From Alphaproteobacteria bacterium (GTDB taxonomy: Bacteria; Pseudomonadota; Alphaproteobacteria; CALKHQ01), in NCBI GenBank assembly GCA_965227515.1, contig CBDDFZ010000001.1, positions 128,001 through 192,000 on the forward strand: a DNA stretch of 64,000 bases. Direction: 5' to 3'. Under the pieces are notes generated by a model, which had not been told where the DNA came from, ran no database searches, and worked only from the letters and a program-made list of their open reading frames with translations. Both the position numbers and the translations under genes were made by a program. Shown piece after piece: positions 43,159-53,429 of the stretch. How positions within the stretch are numbered: the stretch's first letter is position 1; every line of letters starts with the position of its first letter.

Positions 43159-43169
<11 letters not shown>
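43032..43169. repeat. 90-bp-period direct repeat of the tRNA-Ala 3' end plus trailer
   Basis: GTTGGCGTGGCGGCTACT..GACG.CCGCC.G.AATATGGTG.AGCCG at 43032-43079 and 43122-43169. Confidence 0.85.
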
Positions 43170-43234
<65 letters not shown>

Positions 43235-43356
43235 ATCCAGAATACGGCCGGCGTTTGGGGCACCGGCGCGGGGCATTCGGTTACGGTCTCGCTTCGCCGA
43301 ACGCAAGAAAAAAACGACGTATGGCCGCGCAGCACGCCTGCGCGATCCCGGTCGGA

Positions 43357-43770
43357 TCAGTTGGAATCGTCGTCGTCGTCGCCGATCGGCTCGACAATGT
43401 CGGACACCTCGTCGTCATCGTCGTCGTCCTCGATGGCGAAAATGTCGTCATCGTCGTCGTCGGTGTCGTCTTCAACGTCGTCGGCCACTTCCGGCAGATC
43501 GTCGTCGTCGTCGTCGGGCTTGGGCTTCTTGTCGGCTGGCTTCTTCGCCGTCTTCGACTCCTTCTCGGGCGCCGGCGCGGCGGTCTTCGCGGCCTCCGCC
43601 TCGGTGGCCGAGGTATCCGCGGTCGACCGCGAACGCCGGCCGCGCACCATGGCATCGGGGTCGAACTCGGTTTCGCAGCTTGGGCAAACGATGGGGCTGC
43701 GCTTCAGATCATAAAAACGCGCTCCACAGTTCTGGCACTGCCGTTTCGTACCCCACTCCGGACTTGCCAC
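43357..43770 (-). CDS. TIGR02300 / FYDLN-acid family protein
   Basis: WGTKRQCQNCGARFYDL..SPIVCPSC, acidic tail; usual position between tRNA-Ala and aroA. Confidence 0.92.
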   Translation of the reverse strand: MASPEWGTKRQCQNCGARFYDLKRSPIVCPSCETEFDPDAMVRGRRSRSTADTSATEAEAAKTAAPAPEKESKTAKKPADKKPKPDDDDDDLPEVADDVEDDTDDDDDDIFAIEDDDDDDEVSDIVEPIGDDDDDSN

Positions 43771-44164
43771 GCCGCCATCCTTTCCGTTGTGTTCATGTCA
43801 TCGACGGGTTGCCGCCGCTGCGCCGAGGCACCCTGCCTGTAAGGCGGTCACCGTTCCGGCGATTCGGCCTGCCGATCGGGACCGTCAAAACGCCGCCAAA
43901 CCTGGGACTGCCCCAGAGGTTTCCAAAGCGCCGGGCAACGCCGCAAGAAGGTGGCCGCGCCTGTTGCGTGGCCACCGCGTGATTCGGCCCGTGCGTGTGC
44001 CATGATCGCCATGGCCTGTCAAAGCCTAATCGCTCCGTTTCGCACCCGGCGCGACGCAGCCAATTGCCGCCTTGCGCATGGTCGCGACTATGGTATGGGT
44101 CGCCCGCCGCCAAATCGCATGCCTTCCGCGGCACACCCTGCCCGCCCCGTTCGGAGACGACAGC

Positions 44165-45523
44165 TTGTCCGCAGCCCATGCCCCCGACGCTTCTGGCGAC
44201 CGCCTGCGCGCGGCGCAGTCCGGCCCGCTGACCGGCGCCATCGCGGTCCCCGGCGACAAGTCGACATCGCACCGCGCGCTGATGTTCGGCGCGGTTTCGG
44301 TCGGCCGCACCACGGTGACCGGGCTGCTGGAGGGCGAGGACGTGCTGGCGACGGCCGCGGCGATGCGCGCGCTCGGCGCCGACGTCAACCGCACCGGCCC
44401 CGGCGCGTGGACGGTCGATGGCCTGGGTGTCGGCGGCCTGGTCGAGCCGGACCGGGTGCTCGATCTCGGCAACTCGGGCACCGCCGTCCGCCTGATGATC
44501 GGGCTGGTTGCGAGCCACCCGATCACCACCTTCTTCACCGGCGATGCGTCCCTGTGCTCGCGGCCGATGCGCCGGGTGACCGATCCGCTGGCCGCCTGCG
44601 GCGCGCAGTTCATCGGCCGTGCAGGCGGGCTGCTGCCGATGGCGGTGATCGGCGCCGCCGACCCGCTGCCCATCGAATACGAGCTGCCGGTCGCCTCCGC
44701 CCAGGTGAAGTCGGCGGTGCTGCTGGCCGGGCTCAACGCGCCCGGCACCACGACGGTGATCGAGCGGGCGCCAACCCGCGACCACACCGAGCGGATGCTG
44801 CGCCACTTCGGGGCCGAGATCGAGACCACGGTGGAGAACGGCGTGTCGACCGTTCGCCTGACCGGGCAGCCGGAACTGACCGGCCAGACGGTGGAGGTAC
44901 CGGCGGACCCGTCGTCGGCCGCGTTTCCGACCGTTGCCGCCCTGCTGGTCCCGGGCTCGCGGGTGGAGATTGCCGGGGTCGGCCAGAACCCGACCCGCGA
45001 CGGTCTCTACCGCACCCTGGCGGACATGGGCGCCGACATCGTGGCCGCGAACCCGCGCGAGGTGGCGGGCGAGCCGGTCGCCGACCTCGTGGTGTCGCAC
45101 GGCGACCTGAAGGGCGTCGACGTGCCGCCGGACCGCGCGCCCTCGATGATCGACGAATACCCGATCCTGGCGGTGGCGGCCGCGTTCGCCAGTGGCACCA
45201 CCCGCATGCGCGGCCTGGCCGAACTCAGGGTGAAGGAGTCCGACCGGCTGACCGCGACGTTCGAGGGACTGAAGGCCTGCGGCGCCGACGTCCGCATCGA
45301 GGGTGACGACCTGATCGTCACCGGCACCGGACGCCCGCCGGCCGGCGGTGCCGCCATCCACAGCAATTTGGACCACCGGATCGCCATGAGCTTCCTGGTC
45401 ATGGGGCTCGCCAGCGCCGCGCCCATCGAGGTCATCGGGGCGGCCACCATGGACACGAGCTTCCCCGGCTTCGCCGACACCATGCGCGCGGCCGGCGCGA
45501 GCATCAGCGCGGTTGAAGGTTGA
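44165..45523 (+). CDS. aroA: 3-phosphoshikimate 1-carboxyvinyltransferase (TTG start inferred)
   Basis: [49 protein letters not shown]. Confidence 0.97.
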   Translation: MSAAHAPDASGDRLRAAQSGPLTGAIAVPGDKSTSHRALMFGAVSVGRTTVTGLLEGEDVLATAAAMRALGADVNRTGPGAWTVDGLGVGGLVEPDRVLDLGNSGTAVRLMIGLVASHPITTFFTGDASLCSRPMRRVTDPLAACGAQFIGRAGGLLPMAVIGAADPLPIEYELPVASAQVKSAVLLAGLNAPGTTTVIERAPTRDHTERMLRHFGAEIETTVENGVSTVRLTGQPELTGQTVEVPADPSSAAFPTVAALLVPGSRVEIAGVGQNPTRDGLYRTLADMGADIVAANPREVAGEPVADLVVSHGDLKGVDVPPDRAPSMIDEYPILAVAAAFASGTTRMRGLAELRVKESDRLTATFEGLKACGADVRIEGDDLIVTGTGRPPAGGAAIHSNLDHRIAMSFLVMGLASAAPIEVIGAATMDTSFPGFADTMRAAGASISAVEG

Positions 45524-45546
45524 TGGCGCGCCATTTTCTTTTTGCC

Positions 45547-45646
45547 GCTTACGCGGAGTCTGCGCCAGCCCTCACCCCCACCCGGCCACCCAGCAATCAT
45601 ACTGTCGTTGGGTGGCCGGGTGGGGGTGAGGGCCGGTGCCGACTTG
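45547..45646. repeat. Family B palindrome core between aroA and cmk
   Basis: GCTTACGCGGAGTCTGCGCCAGCCCTCACCCCCACCCGGCCACCCA / TGGGTGGCCGGGTGGGGGTGAGGGCCGGTGCCGACTT. Confidence 0.85.
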
Positions 45647-45668
45647 CCGTCAGGCGACGCAAGTCATA

Positions 45669-46319
45669 ATGCCCGTCATTGCCATCGACGGCCCTGCCGC
45701 CTCCGGCAAGGGCACGCTGGCCCGCCGGCTGGCCGAACATTTCGGCTTCGCGCACCTGGACACCGGCAAGCTCTACCGCGCGGTCGGGCGCGCGGTGCTG
45801 GACCGGGGCGGCGACCCCAGCGACCCGGAGACGGCCTGCGAAGCGGCGCGCGCGCTGGATTTGACCGCCCTGGACGACCCCGCCCTGCTGGGCGAAGGCG
45901 TCGGCGGGGCTGCATCGCAAGTGGCCGCGATTCCGGAGGTACGCGCCATCCTGGTCGACGCCCAACGCCGGTTCGCGCACCAGCCGCCCGGCGGCGCAAA
46001 GGGCGCCGTGCTGGACGGCCGCGACATCGGCACCGTCATCTGCCCGGACGCCGAGGCCAAGCTTTTCGTCACCTGCGATGTCGAGATTCGTGCGAAACGG
46101 CGCTTCGACGAGTTGCGGGGACGCGGCGAAAGCGTTATATACGCAGCCGTTTTGGAGGATCTGCAGATACGTGACGCGCGCGATGCCGGTCGATCGGTGG
46201 CGCCGTTGCACCCCGCTCAGGACGCTGAGCACCTTGATACGACCAATATGACCGCCGATGACGCGTTCGACAGCGCGCTCGGCATCGTCACCGCCAAGCT
46301 GGCTGACAGCCTGGACTGA
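45669..46319 (+). CDS. cmk: Cytidylate kinase
   Basis: IAIDGPAASGKGT, LDTGKLYR, LDGRDIGTVI.PDA. Confidence 0.97.
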   Translation: MPVIAIDGPAASGKGTLARRLAEHFGFAHLDTGKLYRAVGRAVLDRGGDPSDPETACEAARALDLTALDDPALLGEGVGGAASQVAAIPEVRAILVDAQRRFAHQPPGGAKGAVLDGRDIGTVICPDAEAKLFVTCDVEIRAKRRFDELRGRGESVIYAAVLEDLQIRDARDAGRSVAPLHPAQDAEHLDTTNMTADDAFDSALGIVTAKLADSLD

Positions 46320-46461
46320 ACACCCCTCCGAAGCCTGCGAAACGGCGCCACTGGCGTCATGAGCGGACGGTACCGCATGCCGCGGTGCCGGCGATTTGGA
46401 CCATGTGAAGACCGCCGGACACAACCGGCTGGCCGGAACACGAAGATTGAGAAAGGTACTT

Positions 46462-48270
46462 ATGAGCGCACAGGCCGCATCCTCTCCCGATACATCCGTG
46501 GACGACGACACCGACGAGACCGCCGTGGCGGACGCCGGCGCCGCGACCGGACGAACCACCGATGAAGACTTCGCCTCGCTGCTGGCGGAATCGCTGGAAA
46601 CCCAATCCGACTTTGAAGGCACCGTGGTGCACGGCACCGTGGTCAATGTCGACGACGACAGCGTGCTGGTCGACGTCGGCCTGAAGTCCGAAGGCCGGGT
46701 GGCGCTGAAGGAGTTCATGGAGGACGGCGAGGCCGTCGAGCTGAGCGTCGGCGACACCGTCGAGGTCTTCGTCGAGCGCATGGAAGACCGCAACGGCGAG
46801 GCCGTGCTGTCGCGCGAGAAGGCGAAGCGCGAGGAGACCTGGGACAAGCTGGAAGAGCAGTTCAACAATTCCGAGCGGGTCAACGGCCAGATCTTCGGCC
46901 GCGTGAAGGGCGGCTTCACCGTCGACCTGAACGGCGCCGTGGCGTTCCTGCCAGGCAGCCAGGTCGACATTCGCCCGGTCCGCGACGTGACCCCGCTGAT
47001 GCACACCAAGCAGCCGTTCCAGATCCTGAAGATGGACCGGCCGCGCGGCAACATCGTCGTCTCCCGCCGGGCCGTGCTGGAAGAGACCCGCGCCGAGCAG
47101 CGCTCCGAGCTGGTGGCCAACCTGAAGGAAGGCCAGATCCTGCAGGGCGTGGTGAAGAACATCACCGACTACGGCGCGTTCGTCGACCTGGGCGGCGTGG
47201 ACGGCCTGCTTCACGTGACCGACATCGCGTGGCGGCGCATCAATCACCCGACCGAGGCGCTGCAGATCGGCCAGACCGTCAAGGTGCAGGTCATCCGCTT
47301 CAACCCGGAAAACCAGCGCATCTCGCTGGGCATGAAGCAGCTTGAGGCCGACCCCTGGGAGGGCGTGGCCGCCAAGTACCCGATCGGCGCCAAGTACAAT
47401 GGCCGTGTCACCAACATCACCGACTACGGCGCGTTCGTGGAGCTGGAGCCGGGCATCGAGGGCCTGGTCCACGTCTCCGAGATGAGCTGGACCAAGAAGA
47501 ACGTCCACCCCGGCAAGATCGTGTCGACCAGCCAGGAAGTCGAAGTGATGGTGCTGGACGTCGACCCGAACAAGCGGCGGATCAGCCTGGGCCTGAAGCA
47601 GTGCCTGGCCAATCCGTGGGAAACCTTCGCCGAGACCCACCCGATCGGTACCGAGGTCGAGGGCGAGATCAAGAACATCACCGAGTTCGGCCTGTTCGTC
47701 GGCCTGCCCGGCGAGATCGACGGCATGGTGCACATGACCGACATCTCGTGGGAGAAGTCGGGCGAGGAGGCGATTGCCGAGCACGACAAGGGCGACGTGG
47801 TGAAGTGCAAGGTGCTGGACGTCGATGTCGACAAGGAGCGCATCTCGCTCGGCATCAAGCAGCTCGCCGAGGATCCGTTCGAGCGCAGCTCGGGCGAAAT
47901 TCGCAAGGGCGCCATCGTCACCGGCACCGTCTCGGCGATCCTGGACAACGCCATCGAGGTGGAAGTCGCGGAGGGCCTGACTGGCACCATCCGCAAGTCC
48001 GACCTGGCGCGCGAGCGTGCCGAGCAGCGTCCGGACCGCTTCGCCGTCGGCGAGAAGGTGGACGCCAAGGTCACCCAGTTCGACCGTTCCAGCCGCAAGC
48101 TGATGCTCTCCATCAAGGCGCGCGAGGTCGACGAAGACAAGGCGGCGATGGCGCAGTTCGGCTCGTCCGACAGCGGCGCGTCGCTGGGCGACATCCTGGG
48201 CGCCGCGCTGAGCAAGAAGCAGGCGGAGCAGGAAGAAGCCGCCGACGCCGAGAATTCGGACGACAGCTAG
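46462..48270 (+). CDS. rpsA: 30S ribosomal protein S1
   Basis: Repeated S1 domains (DYGAFVDLGG.DGLLH; RISLG.KQ); SGASLGDIL tail. Confidence 0.98.
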   Translation: MSAQAASSPDTSVDDDTDETAVADAGAATGRTTDEDFASLLAESLETQSDFEGTVVHGTVVNVDDDSVLVDVGLKSEGRVALKEFMEDGEAVELSVGDTVEVFVERMEDRNGEAVLSREKAKREETWDKLEEQFNNSERVNGQIFGRVKGGFTVDLNGAVAFLPGSQVDIRPVRDVTPLMHTKQPFQILKMDRPRGNIVVSRRAVLEETRAEQRSELVANLKEGQILQGVVKNITDYGAFVDLGGVDGLLHVTDIAWRRINHPTEALQIGQTVKVQVIRFNPENQRISLGMKQLEADPWEGVAAKYPIGAKYNGRVTNITDYGAFVELEPGIEGLVHVSEMSWTKKNVHPGKIVSTSQEVEVMVLDVDPNKRRISLGLKQCLANPWETFAETHPIGTEVEGEIKNITEFGLFVGLPGEIDGMVHMTDISWEKSGEEAIAEHDKGDVVKCKVLDVDVDKERISLGIKQLAEDPFERSSGEIRKGAIVTGTVSAILDNAIEVEVAEGLTGTIRKSDLARERAEQRPDRFAVGEKVDAKVTQFDRSSRKLMLSIKAREVDEDKAAMAQFGSSDSGASLGDILGAALSKKQAEQEEAADAENSDDS

Positions 48271-48283
48271 GATCTGACCACAT

Positions 48284-48317
48284 CCCGGCGGTGGCCTCGC
48301 CTGGGGCCGCCGCTGGG
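48284..48317 (+). terminator. GC hairpin after rpsA
   Basis: CCCGGCGGTGGCC...GGCCGCCGCTGGG followed by CAATTT. Confidence 0.4.
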
Positions 48318-48510
48318 CAATTTCCCCAGCTTTCCATAATGCCGGCCCGGCGCCGTCGCGCCGGTCGCACGGCTTTGTGAACCTTTCGGGTCTCCGCACA
48401 GCGCATGTTGTGCGGACGCGGGCTCTCTTGTATCTAGTGACCACGCGATTCGAGGGTCGCGCTCCGGTGCGACTCCCGGGCCGTTCTGTGGCTAGGGGAG
48501 GCCGCCGGAT

Positions 48511-49068
48511 ATGTCGCCAGCCGACAATCCTGCCTTGGTGCTGAACGCGGACTTTCGTCCGCTGAGCTACTATCCGCTTTCGCTATGGCATTGGCAGGAT
48601 GCCGTGAAGGCCGTGGTGCTGGACCGGGTCAACGTGGTCGCGGAGTATGACCACAAGGTCCACTCGCCCTCCTTCGAAATGGCCCTGCCGAGTGTGATCT
48701 CGCTGAAGGAGTTCGTTGCCACCTCGCGGCGGCCGGCGTTCACCCGGTTCAACGTGTTCCTGCGCGACCACTTCACCTGCCAGTATTGCGGCGAGAACTT
48801 TCCGAGCCCGGACCTGACCTTCGACCACGTGGTGCCGCGGTCTCGCGGCGGCTTGACCACGTGGCAGAACGTCGTCACCGCCTGCGCATCGTGCAACTTG
48901 CGCAAGGGCAGCCGGACGCTGCGCGACAGCGGCATGGACCTGCTCAACCACCCGATCGAGCCGTCGCACTTCCAGCTCCAGGACCACGGGCGCTGCTATC
49001 CACCGAACTTCCTGCACCAGAGCTGGAATGACTTCCTGTACTGGGACAGCGAGCTGGAAACCGACTGA
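48511..49068 (+). CDS. HNH endonuclease (McrA-like family widespread in alphaproteobacteria)
   Basis: LVLNADFRPLSYYPLS; RDHFTCQYCG; TFDHVVPRSRGG; C..CN..KG. Confidence 0.92.
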   Translation: MSPADNPALVLNADFRPLSYYPLSLWHWQDAVKAVVLDRVNVVAEYDHKVHSPSFEMALPSVISLKEFVATSRRPAFTRFNVFLRDHFTCQYCGENFPSPDLTFDHVVPRSRGGLTTWQNVVTACASCNLRKGSRTLRDSGMDLLNHPIEPSHFQLQDHGRCYPPNFLHQSWNDFLYWDSELETD

Positions 49069-49326
49069 AGCCGGCCCGGCGGCGCGCCCGGATCGGTCGT
49101 CGGCACTGCCATGCCACGCTTGACCCGCTGGCAGGGGGGCCGATCACAGTAATATTTGTGCTAAATGCATATCACTTGCGCAACTTGTTGGTTCAGGTAA
49201 GGAATTGTGCACCTCAATCACGTTGCATGGGCCCGATACCTGTGCGAGGGCGTGCTTGGGGATGCAGCCGGAAGGATCGTGTTGCCGCATTTCGCACCGG
49301 AACGTCTGTTGAGCAAGACTTCTGGC

Positions 49327-51429
49327 ATGACCATCGTTCGAACTGTTTCTTGGGTCGGGTTGGCCGCATTGGGTGCCGTGATCGGTCGCCGCAATGCGCG
49401 GAGCGCCGTCTTTGCCGCGACCTTGTCGGCAGGGGGCCTGATTGAAGCCGGCTACGCCCAGACCAATGAGCCGGCACCCGGCGATGAAATGTCCACGCTC
49501 AGGGTTGGCTACACCGAGTTCCGGCCATATTCCTTCACCGACGGGCTTGGCACCGCGCAGGGCTACTCAATCGACCTGATTCGGCATCTCGCAGAGAGCC
49601 AGGGCTATGCGCTGGAGTTTGTTCCAGGGGGTAATCCGGGCCGGGTCCTCGACCTGCTGGCCCAGGGTGCCATCGACGTCACGACGCTGCTGGCGCAGAC
49701 GCCGGGCCGCCAGGAAATCGGAGCGTACACGGCAGCCGTCGGCACACTCACCGTGGACCTTATGGTCGCGTCCGATTCTCCATATCAGTCCCCGGCCGAC
49801 CTGGCCGGTCGCCAAGTCGCGGTGACCGCCGGTTCCGCCGGTGTGCCTGCGGCCGCCCTTATCGACGGCGCCATCGTGGTTGAGTTCCAGCGCAACGCCG
49901 AGTTGCTTATCGCCTTGCTGTCCGGCGAGGTGGACGGCGTGGTGGCGCCACGCGAGACTTTCCTGGCCAGCGCGCGCGCAGCCGGGGTCGAGGACCGGCT
50001 TCGCGTTCTGGGCGATGCCCTGCTGGAACGGCCCCGCGGCTTCATGGTGCGGTTCGACCGCCCCGAGGTGCTGGCCGACCTGAACCAGGCGATCGACACG
50101 GTGTTGACCGAGGAATTGCTGCAACGGACCCACGAGCGCTGGTTCGGCGCCCCGTACTCGATCTTCAACGACCCGAAACTCGCCTGGTACATTGCCGGCG
50201 CCATGCTGCTTGCCGCATGCGTCGCGTTTGCCGGCGGCTGGGCATGGCTGGCGCGGCAGCGCGGCCGTATCGCGGCTCGGGAAGCCAAGGCGAACGCCGA
50301 GTTGATCGATGCCTTGGACTCTATCGACCTTGCGGTTATCCTGTTCGACCGGGACAAACGCGCCACCCGGTGGAGTAGTGCGATCCAGCGCAACGCGCCG
50401 AAGCTTGTCCCCGTGTTGGAGGCCGGCGCGTCGATGCGCGACGTCATAATCGCTGCGCGCACGAACGGATCGGTCGTTCCGGCGGTGACCATGGAGAAGG
50501 CCACCCAGTACGCAGACGAGGTTGTCGCCACGGTGGACGCAGGCGAGGTCGCCTCGCGAACCGCCCAGTTGGCCGACGGGCGATTCTTCGAAGCCCGCGA
50601 CTTCCGCATAAGCGACGACATCTATGCGTCGGTGCGCACTGACATCACTCAACTTGAACGGCAGGCTGCCGAAATCCGGCTCAAGAACGACCAGCTCACC
50701 CACGCGGTGCAGCAGCTGGAGGGCTTCTGCAGCGTCGCGGCGCACGACATCCGCGCGCCACTGCGGTCGCAGAAGGCGCTGATCGACTGGATCAAGGAGG
50801 AGTTGTCGCCGTTCGAGGGCACGACGCCGAAGCCGGTGTTCGACTGTCTGAGCAATCTGGACATGCTGTCCGACCGGCTGTCGGCCCTGGTTGACGACCT
50901 GCTCACCTACGCACGGGCCGACACCTTGAACGCACAGGTGGAGGCATTCGATCCCGCCACGCGCCTGCCCAACATCCTGGCGATGTCAGGCATTCCGGAC
51001 GCGTTTGACGTCTCGATTGCCGACGACCTGCCGCCGATTGCCGTCAACCCAACCGCTTTCGACATCGTCGTGCGCAATCTGTTGTCCAATGCCGTTCGGC
51101 ATCATGACGAAAAGGCTGGGCGGATCGCATTGCGCGGCCGCATCGAGGATGGGGTCGCAGTGTTCGAGATCGAGGACGATGGCCCCGGTATTCCGGAGGA
51201 ATTCCGCGACCAGGTCTTCGAACCGTTCAAGAAACTGAAGACCCGGCAGGAAGGCGGCGGCTCCGGCCTGGGCCTCGCCTTCGTGCGGCGCACGGTGGAA
51301 GGATGGGGCGGCCGCGTGCTGGTGACGTGCCCGCAGGCGCGCGGCAGTGTGTTCCGGTTCACAGCCCCGGCGCCGTCCGCATCCGAAATTGAGCCTCCGG
51401 CCGCAACAGCGGAAGACCGGGCCGCCTGA
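49327..51429 (+). CDS. Sensor histidine kinase with periplasmic PBP (SBP family 3) domain and PAS-like domain (start uncertain)
   Basis: PYSF...GYSIDL, one TM, AAHDIRAPL (H box), NLLSNAVRH, DDGPGI, GSGLGLA. Confidence 0.9.
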   Translation: MTIVRTVSWVGLAALGAVIGRRNARSAVFAATLSAGGLIEAGYAQTNEPAPGDEMSTLRVGYTEFRPYSFTDGLGTAQGYSIDLIRHLAESQGYALEFVPGGNPGRVLDLLAQGAIDVTTLLAQTPGRQEIGAYTAAVGTLTVDLMVASDSPYQSPADLAGRQVAVTAGSAGVPAAALIDGAIVVEFQRNAELLIALLSGEVDGVVAPRETFLASARAAGVEDRLRVLGDALLERPRGFMVRFDRPEVLADLNQAIDTVLTEELLQRTHERWFGAPYSIFNDPKLAWYIAGAMLLAACVAFAGGWAWLARQRGRIAAREAKANAELIDALDSIDLAVILFDRDKRATRWSSAIQRNAPKLVPVLEAGASMRDVIIAARTNGSVVPAVTMEKATQYADEVVATVDAGEVASRTAQLADGRFFEARDFRISDDIYASVRTDITQLERQAAEIRLKNDQLTHAVQQLEGFCSVAAHDIRAPLRSQKALIDWIKEELSPFEGTTPKPVFDCLSNLDMLSDRLSALVDDLLTYARADTLNAQVEAFDPATRLPNILAMSGIPDAFDVSIADDLPPIAVNPTAFDIVVRNLLSNAVRHHDEKAGRIALRGRIEDGVAVFEIEDDGPGIPEEFRDQVFEPFKKLKTRQEGGGSGLGLAFVRRTVEGWGGRVLVTCPQARGSVFRFTAPAPSASEIEPPAATAEDRAA

Positions 51430-51487
51430 TCGTTAGACCAGGACCACCTGGCGCCAACTCAAGCGACCATACTGTAGCAGGCCGATT

Positions 51488-52543
51488 CTATGCGACCGGC
51501 GTCGGCAGTTCGCCCGCCCGTGCACCGGCCGCCTTGCGCAGGCCCTCGATGATGCCCGGATAGAGCTCCAACCCATCGGCGAGAGCGGCACGCTTTCGCG
51601 CGGCGGCATTCTGCCCCGGCAGGCGCACGGCCTCCACGCCCGGGCGCGGCGGGTTGGTACGACAGGCGTCAGCCAGCCAGCCGGTCTGGCGCAGGAATGC
51701 ATCGCTGCCGGCGAACGCCGACGGGTCCAGCACCTGCACGAACACGTTGGCGCCCCAGCCCTCCGGCGGATCGGCCCGGCCGTGGCCGGCCAGCGCCTGG
51801 GTCATCGCCTCGATCATCAGCGCCAGGCCATAGCCCTTGTGGCCGTGGTCGAGACCGCCGATGGGCAGGATCGAGCCCGGCGGCTCGCTGAACACGACGT
51901 TCGGGTCGTCGGTCGGATTACCGTCGGCATCGAGCAGCCATTCGTGCGGCATCGGCTCGCCGGCGGCGCGCAGGCGCCCGCTCATGCCGTTGGTGGTGAT
52001 CGAGGCGCTGATGTCGATCAGGATCGGATCGCCGGGCGTCGGGATGCCGACGGCGATGGGGTCCGGCGTATAGATCGGCTTGCGCCCGCCATAGGGGGCG
52101 ACCGAGGCGGCGGACGGGTCGGAGGATGACAGGATCAGCATCATGCCGGCATCGGTCGCACGCGGCAGGAAGGCCGCCAGGCAGGCGATATGGTGGGCGC
52201 GGCGAATGGCGATGGTCGCCGTGCCGTGATCGCGGGCGCGCGCGACCGCGGTGTCGATGGCATGCGCCGTCAGCCAGACGCCGGGCAGGCGATGGCCGTC
52301 CCAGGTCGCGACCGCCCCTCGGTCTGAGACGATTTCGGGATCGCCCTCCGCGCGCATCTTGCCCTCGGCCAGCGCGCCCAGATATCCGGGCGCAAGCTGC
52401 AGGCCGTGCGTGGTGTGGCCCATCAGGTCGGCCTCCACCAGCAACTCGGCAATCGTGCGCGCGCGGTCGGGCGCGACGCCGGCATCGGCGAACAGCGCCG
52501 CCGTGAAATCGATCAGGTCGGCGGCACGGTAACGATCGGACAT
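51488..52543 (-). CDS. Ldh_2 family oxidoreductase (malate/L-lactate/ureidoglycolate DH type)
   Basis: ADLMGHTTHGL, HHIACL, GHKGYGL, RLPG. Confidence 0.9.
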   Translation of the reverse strand: MSDRYRAADLIDFTAALFADAGVAPDRARTIAELLVEADLMGHTTHGLQLAPGYLGALAEGKMRAEGDPEIVSDRGAVATWDGHRLPGVWLTAHAIDTAVARARDHGTATIAIRRAHHIACLAAFLPRATDAGMMLILSSSDPSAASVAPYGGRKPIYTPDPIAVGIPTPGDPILIDISASITTNGMSGRLRAAGEPMPHEWLLDADGNPTDDPNVVFSEPPGSILPIGGLDHGHKGYGLALMIEAMTQALAGHGRADPPEGWGANVFVQVLDPSAFAGSDAFLRQTGWLADACRTNPPRPGVEAVRLPGQNAAARKRAALADGLELYPGIIEGLRKAAGARAGELPTPVA

Positions 52544-52626
52544 GGGTCCTCCCAAAGGCGGTGAATCGAGCCGGAACAGCCAGGGCTCCGCAGCCAGGTA
52601 CTTCTACCGGTGCGGCGGCCGCCAGG

Positions 52627-53346
52627 CTATTGCGACGGCACGGGCTCGGGATCGAGCGGGCAGATGGCAGGGTTGAAAGGGTCGACCATGAAGCGGAACG
52701 CCTCCAGCGCCATCCACAAATGACCGGTGCGGATCTGGCTCGCCCCTTCCTGCAAGGCGATGGTCTGGGCATAGCCGATCATGGCGAACGCGCCGCGCGC
52801 CAGGGTCTCGTCGAACAAGTCCAGGTCCTTGGTCGCCAGCGCCGGGACGTTGCCCTCCAACAGCCCGAACAGCATGAGCTGGCCGCCGGTATCGATGGGC
52901 AGTTCCGCCGCCAGCGTCTCCGGCATGATCGCCCAGGCATCCAGGTCGACCGTGCGCATGTCGTGGCGCGGACCTTCGAACGGGCATTCGATCGGCGACT
53001 GCATGGCCAGAAAGTACGGCTCCAGCTCCGCCTTGTCGGGCAGGTCGGTGCGGCCCTTGTTCCATTCCTCCAGGAACTTGCGCAACGCCTCCATGCGCGC
53101 GTCGGCAAAGGCGGCATTGAGGTTGCGGTAGGTGCCGTCGTCCTGAATGAAGCTGTTGCCCTGGGCAGCCGCGCCGCCGGCATGGGCGCCAAGCCCGGCG
53201 CAGACCGTCACGGCAAGGAGTGCGGCCCGCCCCGACCGTAACCGCCAGGGACGCAAAGCTCGGGGCCGCGCGCGCCCGGCGCCCTCGATCTCGGCATCTC
53301 CCCTGCCTTGGCCCCGATACGGCCAGCTCCCACGCGGATCGGACAT
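52627..53346 (-). CDS. Hypothetical secreted protein (start uncertain)
   Basis: Arg-rich then hydrophobic signal-like segment ending AAA-Q, followed by a globular region; fills the argE-Ldh gap. Confidence 0.6.
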   Translation of the reverse strand: MSDPRGSWPYRGQGRGDAEIEGAGRARPRALRPWRLRSGRAALLAVTVCAGLGAHAGGAAAQGNSFIQDDGTYRNLNAAFADARMEALRKFLEEWNKGRTDLPDKAELEPYFLAMQSPIECPFEGPRHDMRTVDLDAWAIMPETLAAELPIDTGGQLMLFGLLEGNVPALATKDLDLFDETLARGAFAMIGYAQTIALQEGASQIRTGHLWMALEAFRFMVDPFNPAICPLDPEPVPSQ

Positions 53347-53429
53347 CTCATACTGCCATCGGGCGTTTCGTTGCAATTTTGTCATGCTACGCGAAGAGGC
53401 TGCTGCCGGACAACGCCGGTTATCGCCCG

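Noticed and set aside
43357-43520. GTC/GAC triplet runs
   Set aside because: They encode the poly-Asp tail typical of the FYDLN-acid family
48425-48440. NrdR-box-like TTGTATCTAGTG upstream of the HNH gene
   Set aside because: Single copy with mismatches in the core; not supportable by eye
48511-49068. HNH nuclease as a defence system or mobile element
   Set aside because: Matches a widespread solitary alphaproteobacterial HNH family; no methylase, ATPase or other defence neighbour
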